From assembly GCA_947458455.1 (NCBI GenBank), contig CANGYJ010000010.1:53832-117831 (forward strand): a stretch of 64,000 nucleotides of DNA, written 5' to 3'. This document shows, piece by piece, positions 1 through 8,647 of this stretch. The DNA is from Verrucomicrobiaceae bacterium (GTDB taxonomy: Bacteria; Verrucomicrobiota; Verrucomicrobiia; Verrucomicrobiales; Verrucomicrobiaceae). How positions within the stretch are numbered: position 1 is the first letter of the stretch; every line of letters begins with the position of its first letter. The notes below the pieces were generated by a model, which saw only the letters and a list, made by a program, of their open reading frames with translations, made no database searches and was not told where the DNA came from. Both the position numbers and the translations under genes were made by a program.

Positions 1-1
1 C

Positions 2-418
2 AGCGATGTCGCCAAAGGCCAGTTCACCGCCGGCCAGGAAGTCTATTTCCGCGAAGGCCACTGCGTCACCTGCCATCAGCCGAACGGCGCCGGCCTCGAT
101 CCCGCCTTCCCCAGCATCGTGAAGAGCTCCTGGGTCACCGACGACAAGGAGCGCCTCATCAAGATTGTGATGTACGGCCTCATGGGCCCCATCAAGGTCG
201 GCGGCAAGGAATACAACGGCCAGGTCCCCATGACCCCGTTCGCCGGCATGCTCAAGGACGAGGAAATTGCCAACGTCCTCACCTTCGTCCGCAACCACTT
301 CGGCAACAAAGCCGACCCCGTCACCCCCGCTGAAGTCAAAGCCATCCGCGACGCCAACAAAGGCCGCATGATGCTCTTCACGACGGATGAGATCCTCAAG
401 GCGCATCCGATGCAGTGA
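2..418 (+). CDS. c-type cytochrome domain protein, C-terminal part (5' end lies outside the window)
   Basis: The frame is open from the window edge to TGA 416-418. It has a CxxCH haem motif (CVTCH, nt 62-76) and the tail FVRNHFGNKADPVTPAEVKAIRDANKGRMMLFTTDEILKAHPMQ. Confidence 0.8.
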   Translation, partial: SDVAKGQFTAGQEVYFREGHCVTCHQPNGAGLDPAFPSIVKSSWVTDDKERLIKIVMYGLMGPIKVGGKEYNGQVPMTPFAGMLKDEEIANVLTFVRNHFGNKADPVTPAEVKAIRDANKGRMMLFTTDEILKAHPMQ

Positions 419-630
419 TGGCGCCCCCGGTTTGCGTGTCGGTCGATTCACTCGTTTGGTTCATCGGACGCGGTTCCTGCTTCAGGTTGGGTTCCGTGTC
501 CGATTTGCGTGCGTTGCCGCCACCGATGAGATGTGATTCCATGGAAACAAGCAGACCTCGTCGAGGCGCTTAGGGTTAAGGGCGTAGTTCTCGCCCTCAA
601 TCAACGCAGCCATCAAATGCAGGTTTGGGC

Positions 631-3600
631 TCAAATCGGCCGCCTGTGCCAGACGGCTTTTTGGTAGCGAAAGGCCGGCTTGATCGAGATGTCCCTGAAG
701 GGCTCCTGATACAGGACACTGGCCGAGGAGCTCATCGGGGGCACTAGCCACATCCATTTGCCATACGGTTCGCGACCCGCTTTCTGCTCATTGCGGCAGA
801 ATTCGAGAAACTCGTGCCCCACGGTGTGATGGTCCGAAATCTTGACACCGTCCCTATCGAAGGAATGCAGCACGGCCTCGTTGAGGAAGATCATGGCCTT
901 GTCTCTCCAAAGGGTGCGGTCCTGTGAAATGTCCAGTCCCATCTCTTCCGCCACAGCGGGCAGGAGATTGTAGCGGTTGGTATCGGTGAAGTTACGCGCC
1001 GCGATCTCCGTGTCGAGATACCAGCCGTTGAAAGGAGCGAGCCGATAGTGAACCCCACCCGCATCCAACATCATATCGCTAACAGCAGGAATACAATGCC
1101 AGCGCAGCCCCATGTCAGCTACCCAGGGATGCTGAGGGTGCGTGATCAGCGTCTCATGGCGGCAATCGGCGGGTAGTTCAAAGAGCTTTGGCTTCTCGCC
1201 AGGAAGCTCAAGGACCAGTGGCAGGAGGTCGAAATGGGTGCCGCGCGGCTCCCAGCCGAGCTTAGCAATTCTTTGCGTCAGTTCGTTTTGGGCGGGGTCG
1301 CCGATCTGCTTGCCGGAGCGCAATCTCGTGCCCGCATAGCGCAGGAGTTGGGGATTCCAAATACGCGGCCCGGGTCTTTCGGGTCCATCGGGGGCAAAAA
1401 TGCTGATCGCTGGACGCAGATCACCGCCATTGAATGCGAAGCGAAGGTGATCGAAAATCGCCTCCGCTATTTCCGCTGCGGTAGTGAGGTGCCGGCAGTC
1501 TCGCAGGTGCAACCCCTTCCAGTAAAGACGTCCCACACAGCGTTCAGCATTGCGCCAGGCGATGCGGGCGGCGAAAGCGAGTTCATCCGCGGTCTGCCGC
1601 CAGGTGCCGGTGGATGCGATCACGTCTTTCACCTCGCGGATACGCTCAGCCGCGTCGGAGCCCGGGAGTGATTCTTGAAAGTATTGAGCCAGGAAAAGGG
1701 ATGCCTCCTCCTCCGCCGGCAACTTGCTCTTCACGAGCGCGGCCATGTTTGCCGGGCAGGCTGCCGAAAAGCCAGGGATGCGCCAACTGCCAGGCTTTGG
1801 CACCGCCCCCTCCCCGCGCTGCGGGTGCAAAAAACTCTCCGCGATGGCCTGAATGCCTTCCAAGCCTTTGCAGACGCTGAGTATGTCCCGATTGAAATCC
1901 TCAGGGCCGCAAATGATCGCTTCGCACGGACCCAGTTGGCTGAGCGATTGTTTCCAGAACTCGAGGGAAGGCCGGCCCGCCTTGGAAGTCATGGTCTCTT
2001 CCAACTGAATGCGATGCTGACGGGCTTCTTCGCGCAGTTCTGCGAGATAGGGGGCACCCACCTCCTCCCGGTATACATAACACACCACGATCGGGCGGCT
2101 GCCCGCGAGGGCACGCACTGCGGCGATCGCTGTAGTCACGCCAATGCCGGCAACGATGTAGACCAGACTCCGCAGATCGTCAGCACGCGGGCAGATCGTG
2201 CCCTGAGGCGGGGAGACCCGCACGAGCGATCCTTGAGGAGAATGGGAAATCCAATTGGAAAGCAGGCCACCTTCCTCGATCTTGACGCCCAGCTCATATT
2301 TTGCAGGCCCGAAGGCGGTCAGTGTGTAGGGGCGCCCCACCCATCTTTCATCCAGGAGCGCTTCGACCCGCACATGTTGGCCAGGCAGGGCCACGGGGAG
2401 CACGCCGCCGACTGCCGGCACTAGACACGCGCGCACCGTGCCCGCACATAAGGCCTCCGTTTCGAGGTGACACAACAGGGACTCCACCTCTCCCAGCATG
2501 AGTGGCAAGCGCGAGCGACACCCCCCGCACACAGTGCCTGCGCCCGTTCTGCGCATGAGCTCTTCCACCGTCTCCACCCCCTGGGCGGCGAGGCGCAAGC
2601 GGGTGACCGTGGCATTCGTGCAGGCACAGACAACCTCCGAACCGCCAAGGGCACGCTCAGATGCCGCCTCGGCCATCCAAATGCCATTCGAACGCAGCGC
2701 GGCAATCTGCCAGTTTTCCAAACTCCCCCCACGCAGCAGCACCGCCATCGCTTCAGGCAGACCGGGCCAGTCATGACGTGCCCTCAAGCCTGCGACACGG
2801 CTGTCACCTTTCGACAGCAGCAGCGAGGCGCTTCCATCCGGGGTATTGACGAGTTCCCTCGCGCCACCGGCCTCGAGAGTGCCCACCTCCACCATTTGGT
2901 TGTGTGAGAAATAGCGGACACGGACACGGCGGCCGCCGGCTTGCGAGTAGTCGGTGACAATGCAGCTCTGCCCATCTGCCTCGCCGAGAAACCGGTAGGC
3001 GGTTCCCAGCCGGGGCATGTCATGCACGAAGGAGAGCGCCTTGAGCACCGTGCCCACTTCCGGCCCAGCTTGTTGGCCGACCTGCAGCACCTCCCCAGGG
3101 ATTTCCAGCAATTCGGCCGCTGTCGCAGCCACCGCGTTATAGCGGCGCGGTGCATGACTGGTCGCCTCGGTTTCGCCAAAAATGATTCCGGGTCCGAGAG
3201 TCTCGTGAGGAACAGGGCAGCCGGGAGGCAAAAGGTTGATCTGGCCGGAGAGAACGAAAAAGGCGGTGGAGCCTGTTTCTCCCGCGCAGTAAACCGCGTC
3301 GCCTTCGGAAAACTGTCGCGATGTCGGCGCGCCGGAACCTCCCGTGCCTGTCACGGCAGCCAGCTCTGCAGAAAGCGCTCGGAGTTTTTCGAGGGATTGG
3401 ACACGTCCGGCCTCATCAAAACGAGCCGCAGCCTCTGCATCGGATGAAATCAGTTCGCTGAAGACCTCGGCGACGATGAATGCCACTCTTCCCTTGGTCA
3501 GCGCGATGACCGTCGCATTGGCAAAGCGGCGGCCTGTTCGAAAACTTTGCTCTCCGAGAAAAGTTCCCGGTTCCGTCACCACCCGGACGTGCGCCACGTG

Positions 3601-3828
3601 GGCGCTCGAATCCTGCGTAAAGATGCCAAACCTCCCGTGCATCACCATAAATACGCCGGAAGGCTTCATTCCCTCATGGATGAGCACTTGCCCCTCGCTG
3701 AACTCCTGAACAGAGGCACCTTCGGCCAGTTCCGACCATTTATCCGCCGGTATACCGCGAAAAACCTCCGCCAGACGGGCCTCGATAGCACGGCGTTCAC
3801 TGGAAGGGAGGGTTGCCTGGCAAGTCAT
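631..3828 (-). CDS. nos: multidomain nitric-oxide synthase: 2x cNMP-binding, BFD-like [2Fe-2S], FNR-like FAD/NAD(P) reductase, NOS oxygenase
   Basis: Uninterrupted 1065-aa ORF. The C-terminal ~360 aa match bacterial NOS oxygenase: haem-thiolate loop WRNAERCVGRLYW (Cys764), PFNGWYLDTEIAARN and WLVPPMSSS. The BFD-like cluster is aa 401-437 (CAC...CGGC). Reductase motifs are RPYTLT (aa 499) and VYIVAGIGVTT (aa 556). The two CAP-type cNMP motifs are FLGEQSF..RRFANATVIA (aa ~90-110) and IFGETEA..PRRYNAVAAT (aa ~216-236). Confidence 0.93.
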   Translation of the reverse strand: MTCQATLPSSERRAIEARLAEVFRGIPADKWSELAEGASVQEFSEGQVLIHEGMKPSGVFMVMHGRFGIFTQDSSAHVAHVRVVTEPGTFLGEQSFRTGRRFANATVIALTKGRVAFIVAEVFSELISSDAEAAARFDEAGRVQSLEKLRALSAELAAVTGTGGSGAPTSRQFSEGDAVYCAGETGSTAFFVLSGQINLLPPGCPVPHETLGPGIIFGETEATSHAPRRYNAVAATAAELLEIPGEVLQVGQQAGPEVGTVLKALSFVHDMPRLGTAYRFLGEADGQSCIVTDYSQAGGRRVRVRYFSHNQMVEVGTLEAGGARELVNTPDGSASLLLSKGDSRVAGLRARHDWPGLPEAMAVLLRGGSLENWQIAALRSNGIWMAEAASERALGGSEVVCACTNATVTRLRLAAQGVETVEELMRRTGAGTVCGGCRSRLPLMLGEVESLLCHLETEALCAGTVRACLVPAVGGVLPVALPGQHVRVEALLDERWVGRPYTLTAFGPAKYELGVKIEEGGLLSNWISHSPQGSLVRVSPPQGTICPRADDLRSLVYIVAGIGVTTAIAAVRALAGSRPIVVCYVYREEVGAPYLAELREEARQHRIQLEETMTSKAGRPSLEFWKQSLSQLGPCEAIICGPEDFNRDILSVCKGLEGIQAIAESFLHPQRGEGAVPKPGSWRIPGFSAACPANMAALVKSKLPAEEEASLFLAQYFQESLPGSDAAERIREVKDVIASTGTWRQTADELAFAARIAWRNAERCVGRLYWKGLHLRDCRHLTTAAEIAEAIFDHLRFAFNGGDLRPAISIFAPDGPERPGPRIWNPQLLRYAGTRLRSGKQIGDPAQNELTQRIAKLGWEPRGTHFDLLPLVLELPGEKPKLFELPADCRHETLITHPQHPWVADMGLRWHCIPAVSDMMLDAGGVHYRLAPFNGWYLDTEIAARNFTDTNRYNLLPAVAEEMGLDISQDRTLWRDKAMIFLNEAVLHSFDRDGVKISDHHTVGHEFLEFCRNEQKAGREPYGKWMWLVPPMSSSASVLYQEPFRDISIKPAFRYQKAVWHRRPI

Positions 3829-4008
3829 GACAGCGGCTGATCAAGGAGTGGGGACACATCCAGCTAAGACCTTGGGGGAAGCCTCTGCCAAACCCTGAAA
3901 CGCGGTTACCCCAAAATCGCCCCGGCACGCATCACCCGCACGCCCTCCGAAACTGCTCCGAGGGATTCGTCGCCCCAAAACAAGCGCCTTATCAAGTCCT
4001 TCGCCTTG

Positions 4009-4150
4009 CTCACCTTCGTCCCCAACCACTTCGAAAACAAAGCCAACTCCCGTCAACCCCGCCGAATTCAAAGCCATCCGGGACACCAACAAAGGCCGCA
4101 TGATGCTCTTCACGACGGACCAGATCCTCGAGACGCATCCGATGAAATAG
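4009..4150 (+). pseudogene. decayed copy of the 3' end of a cytochrome c gene (paralogous to nt 278-418)
   Basis: This stretch aligns base-for-base with 278-418 at roughly 85-90% identity by hand count. A 1-nt insertion near 4050 breaks the frame. After the shift it reads KAIRDTNKGRMMLFTTDQILETHPMK*. No upstream part of the gene is present. Confidence 0.75.
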
Positions 4151-4152
4151 CC

Positions 4153-4192
4153 GGGCCATTCCTGCCCCGTCCGTGGGGCCAGGAATGGCCCC
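4153..4192. repeat. 40-nt palindromic (REP-like) element, copy 1
   Basis: Sequence GGGCCATTCCTGCCCC-GTCCGT-GGGGCCAGGAATGGCCCC lies directly after the relic stop codon. A near-identical copy is at 57435-57475. Confidence 0.7.
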
Positions 4193-4195
4193 TTT

Positions 4196-4745
4196 ACGGT
4201 GTCTTCGCGAAGGGCATAGGGTCAGAAGAAAGTGGAACAGGTTTTCAAACCTGTTCTTGGTTCTTCGTTCCCGGTTCGTCGTTCGGGGTTCGCTTCGCGG
4301 CTTCGCAGCAGCCTGCTCTGAAGTTCAATGTTGAACGTTCAATGTTCCTTCCGCCCGCTCTGAGCCGGCCTACGGAACACGCAGAAGACACGGAAGAGTT
4401 CAGACGTGAGAAGTCAGAATTTCAGCCTTCGCGGTCATTCGTTGCCATTCCGGCTTCCATTCGCGTTGAAGCCATGCTCCACAGGCACACCGCAAAGCTT
4501 GAAAGGTCGCAGAGTCGAAAGCGAAGGGCTTAGTATTCCTTCGTCCTCATGCTCTTACTAGAACTCGTCCTCGATCCGTCGGCCTACGGAACACACGGAA
4601 GACTCGGAAGCTCTCAGAGGTCAGAGCCGCAGTGGTCAGTGTGAAGTAGGCAGCGACTCCGCTCGCGGTTCAGGAAGCCTGTGGTCAGAGCGACAGAGTC
4701 TCAGTGATCAGAAAGAAAGTGGAACAGGATTGCATCCTATTCGCT
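4196..4745. repeat. repeat-rich non-coding spacer
   Basis: Dispersed direct repeats: CAGAAGAAAGTGGAACAGG (4223-4241) versus CAGAAAGAAAGTGGAACAGG (4709-4728), and GGCCTACGGAACAC (4367-4380 and 4581-4594), each followed by CGGAAG-rich sequence. Perfect palindrome GAACAGGTTT/AAACCTGTTC at 4235-4256. TTCAATGTTGAACGTTCAATGTT at ~4323-4346. No credible ORF. Confidence 0.6.
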
Positions 4746-4755
4746 GGGCGCTCCC

Positions 4756-5115
4756 TCACGAGATCGCGGTCATCTCGCCGTGGAAGGTGCCTTGGCGGCA
4801 CTTGAGGCAGGGTTCGTTTTCGAGTTCATCGGTGGGCTTGAGCCGGAGCTTCCGGCAGCCTGAGCAGCGCAGGGAGTCGTGCTCGGGATCGCGGTGTGTC
4901 TGACGACCGCAGTTCAGGCAGAGAAAGTGGGATTCGTGGCCCGCGTGGGCTTCAACGAAGGCGTGCAGCTCCTCCTGCGAGACAAAGGGACGATGGAACT
5001 CGATCTCAAAACTCTCCGCTCAGACATCGTGCTCGGAGCCGCGCAGGTAGGGCTTTCCATCGCTCCAGCTTTCGATGCGAAAGTGTGAGCAGGTGAATTC
5101 CGTGAGGGCGGCCAT
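4756..5115 (-). pseudogene. small Cys-rich (zinc-ribbon-like) ORF interrupted by one in-frame TGA
   Basis: A 120-codon frame runs from ATG 5115 to TGA 4756-4758, with an internal TGA at codon 32 (nt 5020-5022). The downstream part has no ATG/GTG/TTG start but encodes CLNC, CSGC and CLKC pairs. Confidence 0.4.
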
Positions 5116-5475
5116 GATAAGATAGGCAGAAGAATGGGGGCAGCAGAATGGCGAATGGAATGCCGCTGTTCGAAAGGCAGGATCGATCAAGTCTCACGCC
5201 AAGGCGCAACGTTCGCAAAGGTTCCCAGAGGCTTTCAGGACTTTGCGCCTTGGCGTGAGATCCTTCTAGGCCTCAGACGACAAACCTCTCCCCATCCACG
5301 CAGGCTCTTCCCAGCGCCGCGAGGGATTCGAGGATTTCGTGGAGGGCGGCGGGGTTGGTGGAGGTGAAGTGTTTGGCTAGCTCGGCGGCGGTGACAGGGG
5401 CTCCGGCGGCGTGGAGGGCGGCTTCGGGGGTGGCGGGGAGGGTGGACGTGCGGGAATGACGAATGCGGTGGGGAC

Positions 5476-5530
5476 GTAGTACGAGTCTTTCAACTCGTGG
5501 CGAGGACACGGACTGGAAAGTCCGTGCTAC
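5476..5530. repeat. structured double-hairpin repeat (REP-like)
   Basis: Hairpin 1 is ACGAGT-CTTTCA-ACTCGT (5481-5498). Hairpin 2 is CACGGACT-GGAA-AGTCCGTG (5507-5526). Both are enclosed by GTAGTAC/GTGCTAC. Confidence 0.5.
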
Positions 5531-5649
5531 GGGAGCGGAGTATGGGGGCGGTGGGGGGAAGTGGTCAAGTAGTGGTCAAAGGGGCTGAAATCCCGGAGCG
5601 GTGATCGAGCCTCAAGGCCTCAACAGCCAATCAACTGGCTGCTGCGCAC

Positions 5650-8448
5650 TCAATGTGCCTGGAGCCAGTTCGTGCCGGTGCCTGCTTCAACTTCAGCTTG
5701 GACGCCGTGGGGGAGGTGGATGGCATTCTTCATGGCATCGAGGATGATGGTGCGGGCTTGATCGGCCTCGCTGGCGGGCATTTCGAAGAGGAGTTCGTCA
5801 TGTACCTGGAGGAGCATGCGGGTTTGTAGGCCGGCTTTCGTGAGGGCGGTATCGACGTGGATCATGGCGAGCTTGATCATATCGGCAGCGGTGCCCTGGA
5901 TGGGCGTGTTCATGGCGACTCGCTCGGCCTGGCCTCGGATGGTGGCGTTGGCGCTGGTGATGTCGCGGATGCTGCGGCGGCGTTTGGTGAGGGTCTCGAC
6001 GTAGCCGTGCGTTCTGGCTCGGGCGACGATCTGGTCCATGAAGGCTTTGATGCCGGGGAACTGCTGGAAGTAGTTTTCGATGATGGTGGCGGCTTCGGCG
6101 CGTGGAATGCCGAGACGCTGGCTGAGGCCGAAGGCGCTGATGCCATAGATGATGCCGAAATTGACCATCTTCGCGGTGCGGCGCATCTCGGGGAGGACGC
6201 CGTCAAGGGGCACGCCATAGACGCGAGCGGCGGTGGCTTGGTGAATGTCGTGGCCTTGGGCGAAGGCTTCGATCATGGCGGTATCGCCGCTGAGGGCGGC
6301 CATGACGCGGAGTTCGATCTGTGAGTAGTCGGCGCTCATCAAGATCCAACCTTCCTCGCCGGGGACGAAGGCTTTGCGGATCTCGCGGCCGAGATCGCTG
6401 CGGATGGGGATGTTTTGCAGGTTCGGATTGCTGCTGGCCATGCGGCCGGTGGCGGCCATGAGCTGATGGAAGGTGGTGTGAACGCGTCCGGTGACCTTTG
6501 AAACGGCGTGCGGCAGCGCTTCGACGTAGGTGCTATTGAGTTTGGTAACCTCGCGGTAGTCGAGGATGTCCTGAATGATGGGATGCAGGCCCATGAGAGA
6601 CTGCAACACTTGCTCGTTGGTCTGATACTGGCCGGTGGCGGTCTTCTTGGGCTTGTCGGTGAGCTTGAGGCGGTCAAAGAGCACCTCGCCGAGCTGTTTG
6701 GGGCTGTTGAGATTGAAGGGGCCGCCGGCATTCTCCTGTATGCGCTTTTGCAGTTCTTGCGCCTTCTTTTCGAGTTCGATGCCGTATTCGCGCAGCGCCT
6801 GCACATCGATCTTCACGCCGACGTTTTCCATCTTCGTGAGCACAGGCAAAAGGGGCGATTCGATGGACTCGAAGACGTAGTGCTGCTCCTTCAACTCAGG
6901 GCGCATCTTGGCAGCGAGCTGCCAGGTCACGTCGGCATCCTCGGCGGCGTAGTCGGCCACCTTCCGCGCATCCTGCGCGGCGACATCGGCCATGGTGGCC
7001 TGGCTGAAGAGATCGTCCTTTTCGGTGCCGATGAGCGCGGTGATGGGCACGGGCGTGTAGCGCAGGTAGGTCTCCGAGAGGTAATCCATGCCGTGGCGCT
7101 GATCGGGGTCGATGAGCGAGTGCGCGAGCATGGTATCGAAGAACGGCCCGCGAACCTCGATGCCATGGGCAAGGAGCACGCTGAGGTCGAACTTGAGGTT
7201 GTGGCCGATTTTCTCCGCGCCCTCGCGAGTGAACAGAGCGCGGAATTCTTCGAGCACGGCCTTCGCGGCGGCTTTTTCGCGTGGGAAGTGCACGAACCAG
7301 CCTTCATGCGCTTTCCATGAGAAGGCGATGCCGACGATCTGCGTGTCGCGTGGATCGAGTCCGGTCGTTTCGAGGTCGAAGCAGTAGCTGGGTTGCTCAG
7401 CGAGCCGTTTGAGGAGATTTTGGCGTTCCTCGGCGGTTTGTACGAGGTGATACTCGTGCGGCGTATCGGCGATGGTGGTGAGTTTGGCCTCCAGCGGCTT
7501 CGTGACCTCCTCCATGGCGAAAAGCTCGCCCGTGGGAGCTTCGGCGGTCGTTTTGCGGCCGCGACCGGCCTTGAAGTCATCACCAAAGAGACGACGACCG
7601 AGAGCGTTGAACTCGAACTCGGTGAGGAAGGCCTTCAGCGCTTCGTCGTCGTGCGGTTTGACGACGAGATCGGCGAGCCCCATCTCGAATGGCATGTCGG
7701 TGAAGATGGTGGCAAGCTTCTTGGAGAGGATGGCATCGCCGCGGCTGGCTTCGAGCTTCTCCTTCTGCTTGCCTTTGAGCTGGTCGAGATTGGCGAGGAG
7801 ATTTTCCACGCTGCCGAACTGCTGGATGAGCGCGGTGGCGGTCTTTTCGCCGAAGCCTTTGACACCAGGGATGTTATCGACGGCATCCCCCATGAGCCCG
7901 AGGATGTCGATGACCTGCGAAGGGCGCTCGATGCCCCAGCGCTCGCAGATTTCTTTCACGCCGAGGATTTCGGTATCGGCGCCCTGGCGGCCGGGCTTGT
8001 AGATTTTGACGTGTTCGGTGACGAGCTGGCCGAAATCCTTGTCCGGCGTGACCATGAAGGTTTCGAGGCCGGCTTTGTCCGCCCTGGCAGCCATGATGCC
8101 GATGATGTCGTCCGCCTCGTAGCCATCGCGGATGAGCAGGGGCACGTTCATGGCCTGGAGGAGGCGTTTCACCTGCGGGATGGCCAAAGCAATGTCCTCG
8201 GGGATCTCCTCGCGCTGGGCTTTGTAGGCCGGGAACATCTCATGGCGCGGCGTGGGTGCGGAGGTGTCGATAGCAACGCCGAGATGGGTGGGCTTCTGGT
8301 TGTGGAGGATGTCCAGCAGCGTGTTCGCAAAGCCGTAGAGGGCGGAGGTGTTCACGCCATCGCTCGTGCGGATGGGGTTTTTGATGAAGGCGAAGTGGGC
8401 GCGGTAGATCAGCGCCATCGCGTCGAGAAGGAAAAGCCGGTCGGACAT
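5650..8448 (-). CDS. polA: DNA polymerase I
   Basis: 932-aa ORF with a 5'-3' exonuclease N-terminus (LFLLDAMALIYRAHFA), a 3'-5' exonuclease region, and family-A polymerase motifs DYSQIELRVMA and QVHDELLFE. Confidence 0.97.
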   Translation of the reverse strand: MSDRLFLLDAMALIYRAHFAFIKNPIRTSDGVNTSALYGFANTLLDILHNQKPTHLGVAIDTSAPTPRHEMFPAYKAQREEIPEDIALAIPQVKRLLQAMNVPLLIRDGYEADDIIGIMAARADKAGLETFMVTPDKDFGQLVTEHVKIYKPGRQGADTEILGVKEICERWGIERPSQVIDILGLMGDAVDNIPGVKGFGEKTATALIQQFGSVENLLANLDQLKGKQKEKLEASRGDAILSKKLATIFTDMPFEMGLADLVVKPHDDEALKAFLTEFEFNALGRRLFGDDFKAGRGRKTTAEAPTGELFAMEEVTKPLEAKLTTIADTPHEYHLVQTAEERQNLLKRLAEQPSYCFDLETTGLDPRDTQIVGIAFSWKAHEGWFVHFPREKAAAKAVLEEFRALFTREGAEKIGHNLKFDLSVLLAHGIEVRGPFFDTMLAHSLIDPDQRHGMDYLSETYLRYTPVPITALIGTEKDDLFSQATMADVAAQDARKVADYAAEDADVTWQLAAKMRPELKEQHYVFESIESPLLPVLTKMENVGVKIDVQALREYGIELEKKAQELQKRIQENAGGPFNLNSPKQLGEVLFDRLKLTDKPKKTATGQYQTNEQVLQSLMGLHPIIQDILDYREVTKLNSTYVEALPHAVSKVTGRVHTTFHQLMAATGRMASSNPNLQNIPIRSDLGREIRKAFVPGEEGWILMSADYSQIELRVMAALSGDTAMIEAFAQGHDIHQATAARVYGVPLDGVLPEMRRTAKMVNFGIIYGISAFGLSQRLGIPRAEAATIIENYFQQFPGIKAFMDQIVARARTHGYVETLTKRRRSIRDITSANATIRGQAERVAMNTPIQGTAADMIKLAMIHVDTALTKAGLQTRMLLQVHDELLFEMPASEADQARTIILDAMKNAIHLPHGVQAEVEAGTGTNWLQAH

Positions 8449-8647
8449 GTGCGAGAGCCTGTAAGCAGGCCGGGAGCTGGCGCAAACCGCATGGTGGAAG
8501 CCCGAAAACTCCCCTTCACTGCCGATCTGAATAGCCAGACTGGCTCCATTGAGAGCCCCAAACTGAAATTTTAGAAAAACATTGCGAAAACCATGAAGTT
8601 GATAGAATAATTAAAGTATCTGAAATATTAACCACTCCCGGTTTGCC

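Noticed and set aside
482-757. 91-aa minus-strand ORF overlapping the NOS 3' end
   Set aside because: It overlaps the well-supported NOS frame. The non-overlapping 40 codons carry no recognisable motif.
3841-4113. 90-aa minus-strand ORF upstream of the NOS gene
   Set aside because: It is the antisense shadow of the decayed cytochrome c tail (4009-4150) and has no independent support.
5020-5022. In-frame TGA as a selenocysteine codon
   Set aside because: I see no convincing stem-loop in the ~40 nt downstream. The context (HDV-TGA-AES) is not a redox CxxU/UxxC motif, and no sel genes are in the window. A nonsense pseudogene is the simpler explanation.
5273-5509. 78-aa ORF with a winged-helix-like tail (VTAAELAKHFTSTNPAALHEILESLAALG)
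   Set aside because: Its N-terminal third is the translation of the REP-like double hairpin (5476-5530). It may be a gene remnant, but support is too weak to call it.
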